Of a stretch of DNA of 64,000 bases, positions 63,644 to 64,000 are shown in pieces. The stretch is taken from positions 1-64,000 of IMG/VR virus record IMGVR_UViG_3300030376_006980, one strand, 5' to 3'. A program made the position numbers and the translations under genes. This DNA comes from a virus (Duplodnaviria > Caudoviricetes). The number at the start of each line of letters is the position of its first letter. Position 1 is the stretch's first letter. The notes under the pieces were generated by a model. It saw nothing but the letters and a program-made list of their open reading frames with translations. It did not search any database and was not told the DNA's origin.

Positions 63644-64000
63644 ATGAAAACAAGACTAGGTTACTGTTGTATCAATCTGAATTTAAGAAAAAACTTAATG
63701 GTAAACAGAACATGTAGAAAAGCTACATTTGAACAAAAAGGTTTATCATATGTAAGCAGTCTTGCTTTACAGAATATCCGAGATCTTATTGAAATAATTA
63801 AATGGAATGAAAAGAACGGTTTTAAAGTATACCGTATGTCATCTAATATGTTTCCTTGGATGTCTGAATATGAATTTACAGATTTACCAGATTATAAAAA
63901 GATATGTACTCTCTTAAGAGGTATAGGTAATCTTTCTTCAAAATATGGTCAAAGATTATCATTTCACCCAGGGCCATTCAATGTTCTAGGTTCTCCTAAT
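63644..64000 (+). CDS. uvsE: UV DNA damage endonuclease UvsE/UVDE (3' partial)
   Basis: Hand-translated MKTRLGYCCIN...YRMSSNMFPW...RLSFHPGPFNVLGSPN. Confidence 0.9.
   Translation, partial: MKTRLGYCCINLNLRKNLMVNRTCRKATFEQKGLSYVSSLALQNIRDLIEIIKWNEKNGFKVYRMSSNMFPWMSEYEFTDLPDYKKICTLLRGIGNLSSKYGQRLSFHPGPFNVLGSPN

Noticed and set aside
1-64000. CRISPR array, integrase, IS element or rRNA
   Set aside because: No regularly spaced short repeats or transposase/integrase/rRNA signatures seen; the Cas4-like nuclease at 35047 is a stand-alone phage exonuclease.
1-64000. Stop-codon reassignment, as in some jumbo and crAss-like phages
   Set aside because: Long genes are intact in the standard code and TAA, TAG and TGA all appear as terminal stops.

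Overview
A very AT-rich (roughly 30% GC by eye), densely coding segment of a large T4-like (myovirus/jumbo) phage genome. All credible genes are on the + strand except one. The host is probably a Bacteroidota (Flavobacteriia-like) bacterium, inferred from a tmRNA tag starting with Gly, a Bacteroidota-type ClpP N-terminus, an outer-membrane beta-barrel, a Lacal_2735-like protein and A-rich SD-less leaders. Contents: (i) end of the major capsid gene; (ii) replication genes (clamp loader, 5'-3' exonuclease, DEDDh exonuclease, two-subunit topoisomerase II); (iii) neck, terminase, sheath, tube, hub-chaperone and tape-measure genes; (iv) tmRNA plus tRNA-Ala(UGC); (v) nucleotide kinases and a T4 gp42-like dCMP-modifying thymidylate-synthase homolog; (vi) a sigma factor paired with a degenerate metallophosphoesterase; (vii) a lysis cassette; (viii) a ~9 kb glycan cluster (GT29, Maf/DUF115-like, GT2, GT-D, pyruvyl- and sulfotransferases, aminotransferase, KdsD, KdsB); (ix) about nine proteins with T4-type capsid-targeting N-termini, several built as apparent protease-cleavable polyproteins; (x) ClpC/ClpP, a mini-CorA, a GT4 and a partial UvsE. 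Highlights found outside the ORF track: a probable +1 recoding signal before the tape-measure gene, a 21-aa 9-Cys metallothionein-like ORF, three promoter classes and a sigma54-like promoter for Hsp20. All family assignments come from motif recognition by eye; no database searches were run.
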